DNA of 64,000 nt, taken from the NCBI GenBank assembly GCA_951812955.1, contig OX638340.1, positions 1,024,001 to 1,088,000 of the forward strand. The letters run 5' to 3'. Positions 29,091 to 38,709 of the stretch are shown here, in pieces (positions within the stretch are counted from its first letter, which is position 1; each line of letters starts with the position of its first letter). This DNA comes from an uncultured Gemmatimonadota bacterium (GTDB taxonomy: Bacteria > JAAXHH01). The notes beneath the pieces were generated by a model, which was not told where the DNA came from, did not search any database, and saw nothing but the letters and a program-made list of their open reading frames with translations. A program made the position numbers and the translations under genes.

Positions 29091-30167
29091 TTGCATACCT
29101 CCGAAACGATCGCAACCCCCATGGCCGACGCAGATACCGTACACCGTACCGGGCACGCTCCGGGTGGCCTACCCCCCTTCCCGGAAGGCTGGTACCTGGT
29201 AACCACGCGCGAAACCCTGTTGCGGGAAAAACTGATCGAGAAGATGTGGATGGGGGAGAACATCGTCGCATGGTGTGACGAGGAAGGCCGTATCTGCGTG
29301 GCCGACGCGGTTTGTCCGCACCTGGGTTCCGACCTGGGACCGCAGGTCGGCGGCAAGATTCACGGTGGCCGCCTGGTCTGTCCGTTCCACGGGTTCGAGT
29401 TCGATGCGACGGGTCAATGCGTCGCGACGCCCAACGCCCCGGCGCCGAAAGCCGCGAAACTGACCGTGTATGAAACCCGTGAGATCTCCGGCCTGGTCTT
29501 CGCGTGGTACGGAATCGACGGCCGTCCCGCGCACTGGCACCTGCCGGACGATCCTCCGACCGGTAACGAGTGGGGCGAACTGGGATTCAGAACCCTGCGT
29601 TTTCGCAGCCATCCACAGGAAACGGCGGAGAACTCCGTGGATATCGGACACCTGCGCTACGTACACGGCTATGACAATGTGGACCCGGTCGGCCCGGTGA
29701 CGGTGGACGGAGCCTACCTGAGGAGCTGTTTCAACTTCAAGCGCGTCCGCAGCATTATGGGCTTGAAGGACCTCACCTATGAAGTATCGGCCGTCGCCCA
29801 TATCCACGGTCTGGGATACTCCTATGTCGAAGTCCACGAAAAAACGATCGATATGCACTTGAGACTGTGGGTACTGCCCACGCCGATCGATGGCAGCCTG
29901 ATCGATCTCGTACTGGCGGGCCAATTGCAGGGAATCCGCAGACCCCGGCGTTTCATCTCGGGCCTGGGGTTCCTCCCCATGGCGTTGCGCAACCGCTTGA
30001 TGAAGCAAATCATGCTTTCACAGCAAAAACGGGACGTACTGCAGGACGTGGTGATCTGGGAACGAAAGCAGTTTCGCACGCCGCCCCGGCTGTGCAAGGC
30101 CGATGGGCCCATTGGCCTTTACCGGCGCTATTGCCTGCAGTTCTATCCTGAACAACCGAAAGCCTGA
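29091..30167 (+). CDS. Rieske [2Fe-2S] non-heme-iron oxygenase (KshA/Neverland/PaO-like)
   Basis: Rieske CPHLGSDL...CPFHGFEF and mononuclear iron motif ENSVDIGHLRYVH (Ex3Dx2Hx4H); alternative start MADAD at 29121. Confidence 0.8.
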   Translation: MHTSETIATPMADADTVHRTGHAPGGLPPFPEGWYLVTTRETLLREKLIEKMWMGENIVAWCDEEGRICVADAVCPHLGSDLGPQVGGKIHGGRLVCPFHGFEFDATGQCVATPNAPAPKAAKLTVYETREISGLVFAWYGIDGRPAHWHLPDDPPTGNEWGELGFRTLRFRSHPQETAENSVDIGHLRYVHGYDNVDPVGPVTVDGAYLRSCFNFKRVRSIMGLKDLTYEVSAVAHIHGLGYSYVEVHEKTIDMHLRLWVLPTPIDGSLIDLVLAGQLQGIRRPRRFISGLGFLPMALRNRLMKQIMLSQQKRDVLQDVVIWERKQFRTPPRLCKADGPIGLYRRYCLQFYPEQPKA

Positions 30168-30255
30168 CCAATGCGACCCTTATCGGAGACAGGTAGAAGG
30201 TGGTCCGGTCCTGGAGGAGACCGCTCAAGCCTGCTGATATCTGCCGCTCTATAAG

Positions 30256-31050
30256 CTATCCGCCGTCCTCCAGCTCAGCCAGAGTCTCCAGCACCCCCTG
30301 CTGGATGAACTCCTCGTAGGCGTCCCGTGTCGGTAGTTCGGCCGCCTTCGACAGCATTTTCGTGGCCCGCGCCCGGCCGTCCTCGCGATCAAGATATGGA
30401 AGCCTGAGCGCATATTCAAACAGCACGACCTTCGAGTCCGGAGCTAGCTCCAGAGCCCGCTCGTAATGGATGACGGCGTTTTTCCGATTCCCCTTGTACA
30501 AGAACCGTGCAACGCGCCCGGCACGTGCGATGTCGGCGTGCCAGCCCCCTAAGGCCATATGCGCCTCTGCGAAGTCGGGGGAGATGGTGAGCGCGGTCTC
30601 GAGCAAATCGCGTGCCCTGCCCGCCAGACCTCGGCGAAATGCAGTTAGTTTACCGATACTCTGTGCATATCGGCCAACAGCGTGCGCGGATTGGAAATAT
30701 GCTTCGGAATTGGTCGAATCGATGCGCACTGCTTCTTCCCCGTACTCTATCGCGCGTTCCAAAATACCGTTCCGGTCCTCCTCAGTCGCCACATGGTGGC
30801 CGTACACCGCGAGCGATTGCGCCGCAAGGGCGTAGCCTTCGGATGTACCGACGGCTGACGCGAGATCCGCCGCCTCGAGAAAACGGCCTTCCTCGAAATC
30901 GGTCCTTGCTTCATCGATCGACTGCGCGTTCGCGCCAGCCGGGTCGGCCAGGCTGGCCGCAATAATCACGAATCCCGCAACTGCCACGAAACGGACAACT
31001 GCCGCGAATCCCGCAACGACTGCGAAACGGTAAAACTGGGTAAGGGTCAT
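30256..31050 (-). CDS. membrane-anchored tetratricopeptide-like repeat protein
   Basis: 264 aa; N-terminal hydrophobic segment then Ala-rich helical repeats. Confidence 0.5.
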   Translation of the reverse strand: MTLTQFYRFAVVAGFAAVVRFVAVAGFVIIAASLADPAGANAQSIDEARTDFEEGRFLEAADLASAVGTSEGYALAAQSLAVYGHHVATEEDRNGILERAIEYGEEAVRIDSTNSEAYFQSAHAVGRYAQSIGKLTAFRRGLAGRARDLLETALTISPDFAEAHMALGGWHADIARAGRVARFLYKGNRKNAVIHYERALELAPDSKVVLFEYALRLPYLDREDGRARATKMLSKAAELPTRDAYEEFIQQGVLETLAELEDGG

Positions 31051-31208
31051 CTGATATCCCCAGTTCTATTCAGCGGACGGGTACTCGCATCTCGGCTCGA
31101 CGCTTTAGTGTCTTTCAGCGATCAGTCATGCGAATCCACACCATATGGACAAACGCGGTGCTGCCCGACGGCATCGGCTATGGACCGATTCGACTAGGTC
31201 AACGGGGT

Positions 31209-32252
31209 CTAAAGAGGTTTACGAGCCAGGAAACAGTACAGCGGCGTGAAGATACCCGACCTGCCGCCCTCGACATAAGCGTCAGCAGTTCGATCCAGGA
31301 GTCGGACCACTTCCGAATACCCCTTCGGAATCAGACTTAGCGCTTCGGCCATCTTCGATCCTGCGATCACGGCCTTGCGACCCCAAGGGAGCCTGTTCAG
31401 TGCGTTCCCCAAAGTCCCATGCCGACTCTCCATTGGCCGATACCAAGGCGTGGAGGGTTCATTCCGGACGTCTCGGTCCATCCCTTCGATGACGTGGAAT
31501 CCCGCCGCTTCAAGCCCGTGATTCACTTCCCTGAACGTCGCAATGTCGTTCAGCGCAATGCCGCGCATGAGGTCCTGCTCAATGGCCCGGTGCCGGTTGT
31601 CTTTCGGATCGAATTTCTCGGTCAGACACATTTCCTGACCCCAAAACAGGGCTCCTGGTTTGAGTACGCGGAAGATCTCCGCGAAAGCGCGTTCCTTGTC
31701 TGGCGCGTGGCACGTTGACTCGATGGCATAGGCTCGGTCAAACGTCTCGTCCTCAATGCCGCCCATATCCATGAAGCTACACGTCTCGTAATCGACCATG
31801 TGGCCGAGTCCCGCTTCAGCGTTCAACCGCTTTGCCTTATCCAATTGGAGTTCGTTGATGTTGATTCCGACAACCCGGACGCCGGCCTCCCGGACGACGC
31901 GACGCATCGGACCGCCGATTCCACAACCAACGTCGGCCACCGTCATACCCTGCTCCAACTCCAGCTTCGAGATCATCAACCGCTGATGCCGGATTATGGA
32001 TTCCTCCAGGCTTTCATCGGGCTTTAGTGGCGCGAAGTGGAGGGATTCGCTCCAACCCCACACCATTAACCCGCTGCAAAGATCATAGTACTCTTTCACT
32101 GTTTCTGTGTGGTCGTACTCATACGCGCCATCGGCCCCCGGGACCGCCCGGGCTGCCCGGGCGGTCCAGCCTTCAAGGCGCTGCGCGCGACTCTTGACGT
32201 CCGATCCCCGGCTCGCATCTTTCAGTTCTCTGGATAGTTTGCCCATCGCCAT
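31209..32252 (-). CDS. sterol 24-C-methyltransferase-like (SMT/ERG6 family) SAM-dependent methyltransferase
   Basis: 347 aa; SMT signature blocks MVWGWSESLHF (cf. YEYGWGSSFHF), VADVGCGIGGP, YAIESTCHAP (cf. YAIEATCHAP), C-terminal FTPLYCFLARKP (cf. FTPMMLFVARKP). Confidence 0.8.
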   Translation of the reverse strand: MAMGKLSRELKDASRGSDVKSRAQRLEGWTARAARAVPGADGAYEYDHTETVKEYYDLCSGLMVWGWSESLHFAPLKPDESLEESIIRHQRLMISKLELEQGMTVADVGCGIGGPMRRVVREAGVRVVGININELQLDKAKRLNAEAGLGHMVDYETCSFMDMGGIEDETFDRAYAIESTCHAPDKERAFAEIFRVLKPGALFWGQEMCLTEKFDPKDNRHRAIEQDLMRGIALNDIATFREVNHGLEAAGFHVIEGMDRDVRNEPSTPWYRPMESRHGTLGNALNRLPWGRKAVIAGSKMAEALSLIPKGYSEVVRLLDRTADAYVEGGRSGIFTPLYCFLARKPL

Positions 32253-32288
32253 TTCGTGGTATTCCCCTGGTTTTTCGTCTACAAGGCT

Positions 32289-34319
32289 TCAGACTTGCAG
32301 TTCGTGTCTTTGCTCGGAGATGACGAACTGCAGCTTCTTGGTCGGTTTCATAGACGGAAACGGATTGAACCGCAGCTTATAGTTTGCAGGCGACACATCG
32401 ATCTTGAAGTAGTGCGCCAGCATCAGCACGTTGACAGCCAATTGCAGTTCCATCCAACGGGTGCCGAGACACATGTGCGTGCCCAGCCCGTACGGAGCGT
32501 ACCCGGGGCTGCGATGCTCATTGCGCGACGGCAAGTAGCGGTCGATGTCGAAGGAGTGCGGGTCGGGGAAGATGTCACTCATGTAATGCGAGGCGGTCGG
32601 CGCGATGTGGATCCGTTCCCTCATGGGCAGTTCGTATCCCTCAAACACACACGTATTCATCACGTGTCGAACAGACATGGGAACGATCGGGTACATGCGC
32701 ATACACTCCATGAGGAAGCGGTGCGTGACGTCAATCGCGGATGGAGTGAAGGCCTCGATGTCCGGAACGCCGTTCCCGAATACGTCATCGGCTTCATTTC
32801 GGATTTTCTCGTAGAGTGCAGGCTGCGACGCCATGGCATAGACTACCAGACTGAACGTGTCACCAAGGTACACGCTGGCGATCAACGCCGCAGAAAAGGC
32901 AAACCGCAGGTTGGCCTCCGGGAGGAATTGCGGGTCGCTCGCGTGCAGGCTAAGGTAATCGTCCACCAGGTCCCGCGGTTTTCCGGCCCGTTGGGCGGGG
33001 GTGTGGCCCTCCTCGACTCTTTTCATCAGTGTATCAAGGGATTTCGCCCGGCGTTTCATGCCCGGGGTGTTCAGCGTGAACTCGGGCAGCATCCTGGCGA
33101 TATGCACGCTGAGCGCCCGTTCCTTGTACTGCATCAGATCGTCCATCAGGTCCTGCGTGTCGATGCCGATAAACAGGGGCGAGAGTTGGGCGTTTATCAT
33201 CTGCCGGCACATGGACGTAGCAGAATAGGAATCGCCGACATTCAAGCTTGCCATGTATTTCCAGGCATGATGGTAGAGCTTGTCCAGCTGCCCCGCAAGT
33301 CTCCCGCGTGAATACGCTGGAGACAAAGACTTGCGCAGGCGGAAATGGTCGGCGCCGTCCAGGGAAGGCAAGAGGCCGGAAGCGCCGTAGACTTTCTCGA
33401 AGTCTCTGAAATAGTCCTTGGCACTCAGGTACATGCGCCCGTGCTTATGCACCCAGCGGTTTGCCTCGGGTCCGACCAGGAAGACCATGGGCCGGGTGAA
33501 AGGAGGGCGGATCTCAAACACCGGACCGTAGTCCTGCGCAAGGTCCGCAAAGAGCGCGTGGAGGTTGCCGTCTCGAACATGCGGTTGCATCATCAGCTTG
33601 CGTAACGGTACCCTCGGAATCTTCTTTGTAAAACCGGGACGTCGAAGCGTCGGGCCGGCGAGTTTGTGGGAGACTGCTTCGGCGATGGACCGGCCGATCA
33701 CGTCCATCTTGCAGATCAACTCGATGCGTTGCTCCGTCTCGTCATCGAGTTGGAACATGAATCGAAACACATCGCACGTATTGACGAGGCAAATTACGAT
33801 AACGTCTCTCGGGTCGGGGATCTCGTTCATGAAGATCGCCCGGCTGATCCGCGTTCTGATGAACTGACTTGCAGTACTCGAATCGACATCGTTGTTCAAT
33901 TCCATCTTCCAGTCAGTACGGGCCAGCGTCCAGAACTCGCCATCGTGGTGTTCCAGGATCTTCATTTCTACCAGGCGATCCAGAACCGAATCTATAATGG
34001 TCTCCGCTCGGGGGGCCAGCCGTTCGATCCAGTACTGTGTATTGTGCTGATTTGGCTCATTTACGATTTCTTCCAGAATGAAATCGATGGTGGAATTGCC
34101 CGTTGGTGTCTGGTCGAGGACGAACAGAGACCCCGGGTCCGTGTCGATGCGAGATCTGATTGAAAGCTCCGCAAGTGCGGCACCGATTACGGCGCAGTTC
34201 AAATCCCAGCCAGGCACCTGGTGGAAGTAGCCAGTCTCCTCATTGAGGAGCATCAGGATGAGTTCCTGGGTCAAAGTAAGTGATTGGGGCTTCACGTCCT
34301 TTGCAGTATCAGCCATTAG
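32289..34319 (-). CDS. cytochrome P450 with N-terminal GPP34/GOLPH3-like domain
   Basis: Start MADTAKD (4-bp overlap with RND stop); N-terminal ~230 aa LTLTQELILMLLNEETG... resembles GPP34; C-terminal P450 with EXXR (ECMRMYP) and heme loop YGLGTHMCLGTRW. Confidence 0.75.
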   Translation of the reverse strand, partial: LMADTAKDVKPQSLTLTQELILMLLNEETGYFHQVPGWDLNCAVIGAALAELSIRSRIDTDPGSLFVLDQTPTGNSTIDFILEEIVNEPNQHNTQYWIERLAPRAETIIDSVLDRLVEMKILEHHDGEFWTLARTDWKMELNNDVDSSTASQFIRTRISRAIFMNEIPDPRDVIVICLVNTCDVFRFMFQLDDETEQRIELICKMDVIGRSIAEAVSHKLAGPTLRRPGFTKKIPRVPLRKLMMQPHVRDGNLHALFADLAQDYGPVFEIRPPFTRPMVFLVGPEANRWVHKHGRMYLSAKDYFRDFEKVYGASGLLPSLDGADHFRLRKSLSPAYSRGRLAGQLDKLYHHAWKYMASLNVGDSYSATSMCRQMINAQLSPLFIGIDTQDLMDDLMQYKERALSVHIARMLPEFTLNTPGMKRRAKSLDTLMKRVEEGHTPAQRAGKPRDLVDDYLSLHASDPQFLPEANLRFAFSAALIASVYLGDTFSLVVYAMASQPALYEKIRNEADDVFGNGVPDIEAFTPSAIDVTHRFLMECMRMYPIVPMSVRHVMNTCVFEGYELPMRERIHIAPTASHYMSDIFPDPHSFDIDRYLPSRNEHRSPGYAPYGLGTHMCLGTRWMELQLAVNVLMLAHYFKIDVSPANYKLRFNPFPSMKPTKKLQFVISEQRHELQV

Positions 34320-37300
34320 TGGCCTCCCTTCATCAGACGCAGATGAATGGTAGAAAGAGCGGGAACGACCATCATGAGTATGGCCGTGACGACGAGGATA
34401 CCGCAACCAAGCGATGCGGCAAAGGGAACCAGGAACTGAGCATGAATAGCGCGTTCCAGAATCAAGGGGGTGAAGCCGAGAAACGTAGTCAGAGAAGTAA
34501 GCATAATCGGACGAAAACGTCCCTTTGCGCCCTCTATGATCGCAGTTCGCGCCGGAGCGCCTTCCCTGAGTTTCTGATCGATGAAAACGATCATGACCAG
34601 TGAATCGTTCACAACCACGCCGCTCAGGCCGAATATACCCATGAAGGAGATTGCGCTCAGGGCTACTCCAAGGGCCCAGTGACCAAGGATCACTCCGATG
34701 AACCCGAACGGGATCACCGCCATGATGATGAACGGTTTGGTATAGGATCGTAAGGGGATGGCGAGCAGCACGAAGATCATGATCAGAGCGATCGCAAATC
34801 CGCGATACAGTGCATCCAGGGAATCGAGTTGTTGTTGTTGCTCACCTCCGAACGTGTAGGTCAGGTCCGGGTACACGGCGGTCAATTCCGCGAGGATTGA
34901 ATCCGCCAGGATGCTATTGGCCTGGTCACCGGAGATCACCGCGGCATCCACGTCCGCAGTGACCGTGACGACACGCTGACCATCCTTCCGCCGAATGGCC
35001 GGCGGCGACACGCCCGTGTTCAGCGCGGCCACACTGACGATCGGGACCTCGGCACCGGCCGGCGTACGGATCAGGTACCTTTCGATATCGGTGATGGAAC
35101 TTCGTTCATCGGCGGGCAGGCGCACGTAGACCCGAACCTCTTCACGGCCGCGCTGCACCCGGACGGCATCCGCACCGAAAAACGCGGCGCGCGTCTGTCC
35201 GGCCAACGCTTCCAGCGTGAGACCCAAAGTCCGCGCTTCCGGCCGGAGTTCAAGCTGTATTTCCGGGATACCCGGGGTGTGATCCGAACGGACATCGTAG
35301 ACGCCTGTCACTCCACGGAGACCATCGACCACCGAGTCCGCAATCCGGGCGAGTCGCACCGGATCCGGATGCGACAGCACGGCCTCGACCGGGTTGCCCA
35401 GGTCGAAGACCTCTCCGCTGAAGGTGACACCGCGCACGTAGGGCAGCACACCCACTTCCTCTCGCCATGCCTGCACAACCTCTCCGGTAGTGATCTGCCT
35501 TTGCTCCGCGCTCAGGAGTTTGAACTCGATGGTTGCAATGTTGGCCTGAGGATTAAGGGTGGGGGCTGGATTAAGCCCACCCTCGAGCCTCGAGCCCTGT
35601 CCGACGGTCACCATTACGCCGGTCAGCAGTGGTGGCGCATCCTCGGGGCGGCCGCGCGAAAGCCGATCGACGACCCGGTAACCTGCGGCCTCCAGTTCCT
35701 GTGCCACCTCGTATGTCCTTGGAGCGGTCGTCCCGTCGGGCATCTCCAGGATGACCGTCGCAAAATCCCCCTCCACGTCAGCAGCCAACGTGGTAGGTAC
35801 GATCCCCGCCGGTACCAGCGAGATACTAAGTACGAGTATTCCAACGGCCCCCCCCAGCGTGACCGCGGGCTGATCCGTCGCGAACCGTAACGCTCGGTCC
35901 AGGGGACCCTGCACGAACCGGTTCAGCGACTCGTTCACACGTCCCTGGATCCGCGCGAAGAACCGGTCGAAAGCACTTGTCGGCGTCCATTCCGGACCGT
36001 GCAAACGGGACAGGTGGTTGGGTAGTACCAGCAGTGATTCGATCAGGGAAACAAACAGTATGGCGATAAGGATGATCGGCAGTGCCCGCCATACGTCACC
36101 GACGCCTCCGGGTATGAACAGCAGCGGGACGAAAGCCACCACCGAAGTAAGGACCGCGAAGGTCAACGGCACTTTTATCCGTCGTACTCCGCGTATCGCA
36201 GCCACGACACCGGGCGTTCCCCGACTGCGTTCATATTGAATGTGCTCGGCTACGACGATGGCGTCATCGACGACAATCCCTATGGCGAGGACGAAAGAGA
36301 ACAGGCTGATGGTGTTAATAGCTACGTCGAGTACCATCATGACGGCCAATGTGCCTATACCCGAAACGGCGAGGCCGACGGCGACCCACAATGCAAGCCG
36401 GATTTCCAGAAACAGGCTGAGTGCGATCAACACCAGCAACAGACCCAGGATGCCATTCTTGACGAGAATATCGGCACGTTCCTCATAGGCTTGGGATTCG
36501 TCATTCCACATGGTGATGTGCACACCGTTCGGCAGAGCCGGGATCACCTCGTTTGCCATATGTTCCCGGACAGTCGTGGCGACGTCCATCACTTGTTCGC
36601 CGTTGGCTCGGTACACCTCGACGAATACAGCGGGATGGTTCTGATGCCGAACAATCAGGTCGGATTCCTGAAAACCATCGCGAACCCTGGCGATATCGCC
36701 AAGGCGCAAGGCAGTGCCGTCACTTCTGCTAAGCAGGATGATCTCTTCGAAATCCTGCTGGTCGTAGTTCTGGCCGAGGGTACGAACCCGCACCTGGGAT
36801 TCCCGGGTATCGATACTGCCGGCAGAAAGGTTCAGGGAACTGCGACGAATGGTATTGGCGACATCGGCGAGTGTCAGTCCAAGGGCTCTCAGCCGATGAA
36901 GCGGCACCTCGATGGAGATCTCGTATTTCCGAACACCACTGACCTCGACCTGGGACACGGACGGAAGCGCCGTGAGTCCATCCTCGATCTGATATGCCGT
37001 TTCCTTCAGCGAGCGTTCGGACACGTCGCCGTAGACGATGAACCGTATCATGCTCATACGGTTGTCCATCTCACGGAAACTGGGACGATCGGCACCGGCC
37101 GGGAAAGACTGGATGCGATTGACCGCGGACTCGATATCGTTGAGCGCCTGGACCATGTCCGTACCGAAATCCATTTGAATCCGCACGGATGCTATACCCG
37201 GGGCCGCTACAGACTTGACCGCCTTCACGTCATCCAACCCGCTGACCTGGTCCTCGATCTTGACGACGATCGACTCCTCGACCTCCTCCGGCGTGGCGCC

Positions 37301-37489
37301 GGGATAGGCCATCGACACTTCGATATGGTAGAAGGGAGTAGTGGGCCACGCTTCCCGATCGATGCCGGACAGCGAAATCAGCCCTGCGGCGACGATGGCC
37401 ATCATCAACAGATTGGCGGCCACGCTGTTGCCCGTCATGTAAGCGATCGGACCGGAAGGTTCGTTATGATTTCCGTTGTCCATACTCAT
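34316..37489 (-). CDS. RND-family efflux transporter permease (AcrB/HpnN-like, HAE)
   Basis: 1057 aa; 12-TM RND topology with two large periplasmic loops; ATGA overlap with upstream MFP gene. Confidence 0.85.
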   Translation of the reverse strand: MSMDNGNHNEPSGPIAYMTGNSVAANLLMMAIVAAGLISLSGIDREAWPTTPFYHIEVSMAYPGATPEEVEESIVVKIEDQVSGLDDVKAVKSVAAPGIASVRIQMDFGTDMVQALNDIESAVNRIQSFPAGADRPSFREMDNRMSMIRFIVYGDVSERSLKETAYQIEDGLTALPSVSQVEVSGVRKYEISIEVPLHRLRALGLTLADVANTIRRSSLNLSAGSIDTRESQVRVRTLGQNYDQQDFEEIILLSRSDGTALRLGDIARVRDGFQESDLIVRHQNHPAVFVEVYRANGEQVMDVATTVREHMANEVIPALPNGVHITMWNDESQAYEERADILVKNGILGLLLVLIALSLFLEIRLALWVAVGLAVSGIGTLAVMMVLDVAINTISLFSFVLAIGIVVDDAIVVAEHIQYERSRGTPGVVAAIRGVRRIKVPLTFAVLTSVVAFVPLLFIPGGVGDVWRALPIILIAILFVSLIESLLVLPNHLSRLHGPEWTPTSAFDRFFARIQGRVNESLNRFVQGPLDRALRFATDQPAVTLGGAVGILVLSISLVPAGIVPTTLAADVEGDFATVILEMPDGTTAPRTYEVAQELEAAGYRVVDRLSRGRPEDAPPLLTGVMVTVGQGSRLEGGLNPAPTLNPQANIATIEFKLLSAEQRQITTGEVVQAWREEVGVLPYVRGVTFSGEVFDLGNPVEAVLSHPDPVRLARIADSVVDGLRGVTGVYDVRSDHTPGIPEIQLELRPEARTLGLTLEALAGQTRAAFFGADAVRVQRGREEVRVYVRLPADERSSITDIERYLIRTPAGAEVPIVSVAALNTGVSPPAIRRKDGQRVVTVTADVDAAVISGDQANSILADSILAELTAVYPDLTYTFGGEQQQQLDSLDALYRGFAIALIMIFVLLAIPLRSYTKPFIIMAVIPFGFIGVILGHWALGVALSAISFMGIFGLSGVVVNDSLVMIVFIDQKLREGAPARTAIIEGAKGRFRPIMLTSLTTFLGFTPLILERAIHAQFLVPFAASLGCGILVVTAILMMVVPALSTIHLRLMKGGH

Positions 37490-38703
37490 GGGGTCTGGCC
37501 GACTTCCGTCTGGACGCGCATGCCTTCGGTGGTGAACCGGATCCCGCCGGTGACAACGGCCTGACCGCTTTCGAGGTCACCCGTCACATAGGCTACGTCG
37601 CCGGTTCGTTGCAGTACCTGTACCGGAACGATATGCACCACGCCGCCGTCCCGCACGATCCAGACCTCGTTGCCGGACTGCAGCGCCGCTCGCGGAACCA
37701 GGAAGTAATCATCCCGTTCAAGGCCGTCTATTTTCACTTCGACGTATTTGCCTACCAGCAGGGGAGGACTACTGCCGCCGATAGGAATCGTGCCGTCCGT
37801 GGGGCGTCCCGCTCGAAACGGATCCGGTACGCGCACAATGATGTCGATGGTACGCGTTTGCCGGTCAAGGGACGTCTCGCCGCGGTCCACATAACCTCTC
37901 CAGGCATAGGATCCTTCACCGAATCGGGCGACGACCTGCGCAGCGACTCTCCGGTTCCCGTCACCCGCCGAAAGCGACCACAACCCCGGAATCAGCGCTG
38001 CATCGGAATCGGACAGAGGCACCACGATTTCCACCGCATCTGAGGCGAAAACCCTCGCGACGGATTGACCGGCGGCGACGATCCGCCCCACGTCCACGGT
38101 TTCTTCCTGCACGTATCCGTCGAATGGCGCCGTAACTTCGGTTCTCCCCAGGGCGAGATTGGCGTCGGCAAGCCTGGCTTCGTCGCGATCCAGTGCGGCC
38201 TGGGCCGCTTTCAGTTGCGGTTCTCTAAGGGCAAGCGGGTTCGCGCCGTTTGGCGATGATACGTCCTCCTGACGGGAGGAATAAAGCGCGTGCTGCGCGC
38301 GGGCAATCGAAGCCCGTTCCTGCTCTTTGAGGAACGCCACCCGGCTGGCGGCGACGTTGGCCTCCGCTTCACGCACCCGGTGCCGGTAATCGATGTCTTC
38401 CAGCCGGAATAGCGTTTGGCCTGCGGTTATCCGTCCACCGCTCTGGAATCCCTGTTCAACCCAGACGACTTTGCCGCCGACCTGAGGAACGATATCTACT
38501 TCCGCGTCTGGCCGGACGGTACCGGATCCAAATACCGGTACGGGGCCAGACCCGGTGGCGACCGGGCCGGTCTGCACGAACGGAGTCTGGGGAGGCTGTT
38601 CCGTACGTGTCGGTTCGGGGGCCAGTGAAATCAACAGGGCGGCCAATGCCACGGAGACTCCGAGAACGCCTACTGTGACTAGAAGACTGGTAAGACGGGA
38701 CAT
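37486..38703 (-). CDS. RND efflux periplasmic adaptor (membrane fusion protein)
   Basis: 405 aa; N-terminal TM anchor, coiled-coil/lipoyl/beta-barrel MFP pattern. Confidence 0.8.
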   Translation of the reverse strand: MSRLTSLLVTVGVLGVSVALAALLISLAPEPTRTEQPPQTPFVQTGPVATGSGPVPVFGSGTVRPDAEVDIVPQVGGKVVWVEQGFQSGGRITAGQTLFRLEDIDYRHRVREAEANVAASRVAFLKEQERASIARAQHALYSSRQEDVSSPNGANPLALREPQLKAAQAALDRDEARLADANLALGRTEVTAPFDGYVQEETVDVGRIVAAGQSVARVFASDAVEIVVPLSDSDAALIPGLWSLSAGDGNRRVAAQVVARFGEGSYAWRGYVDRGETSLDRQTRTIDIIVRVPDPFRAGRPTDGTIPIGGSSPPLLVGKYVEVKIDGLERDDYFLVPRAALQSGNEVWIVRDGGVVHIVPVQVLQRTGDVAYVTGDLESGQAVVTGGIRFTTEGMRVQTEVGQTP

Positions 38704-38709
38704 GCGAAT

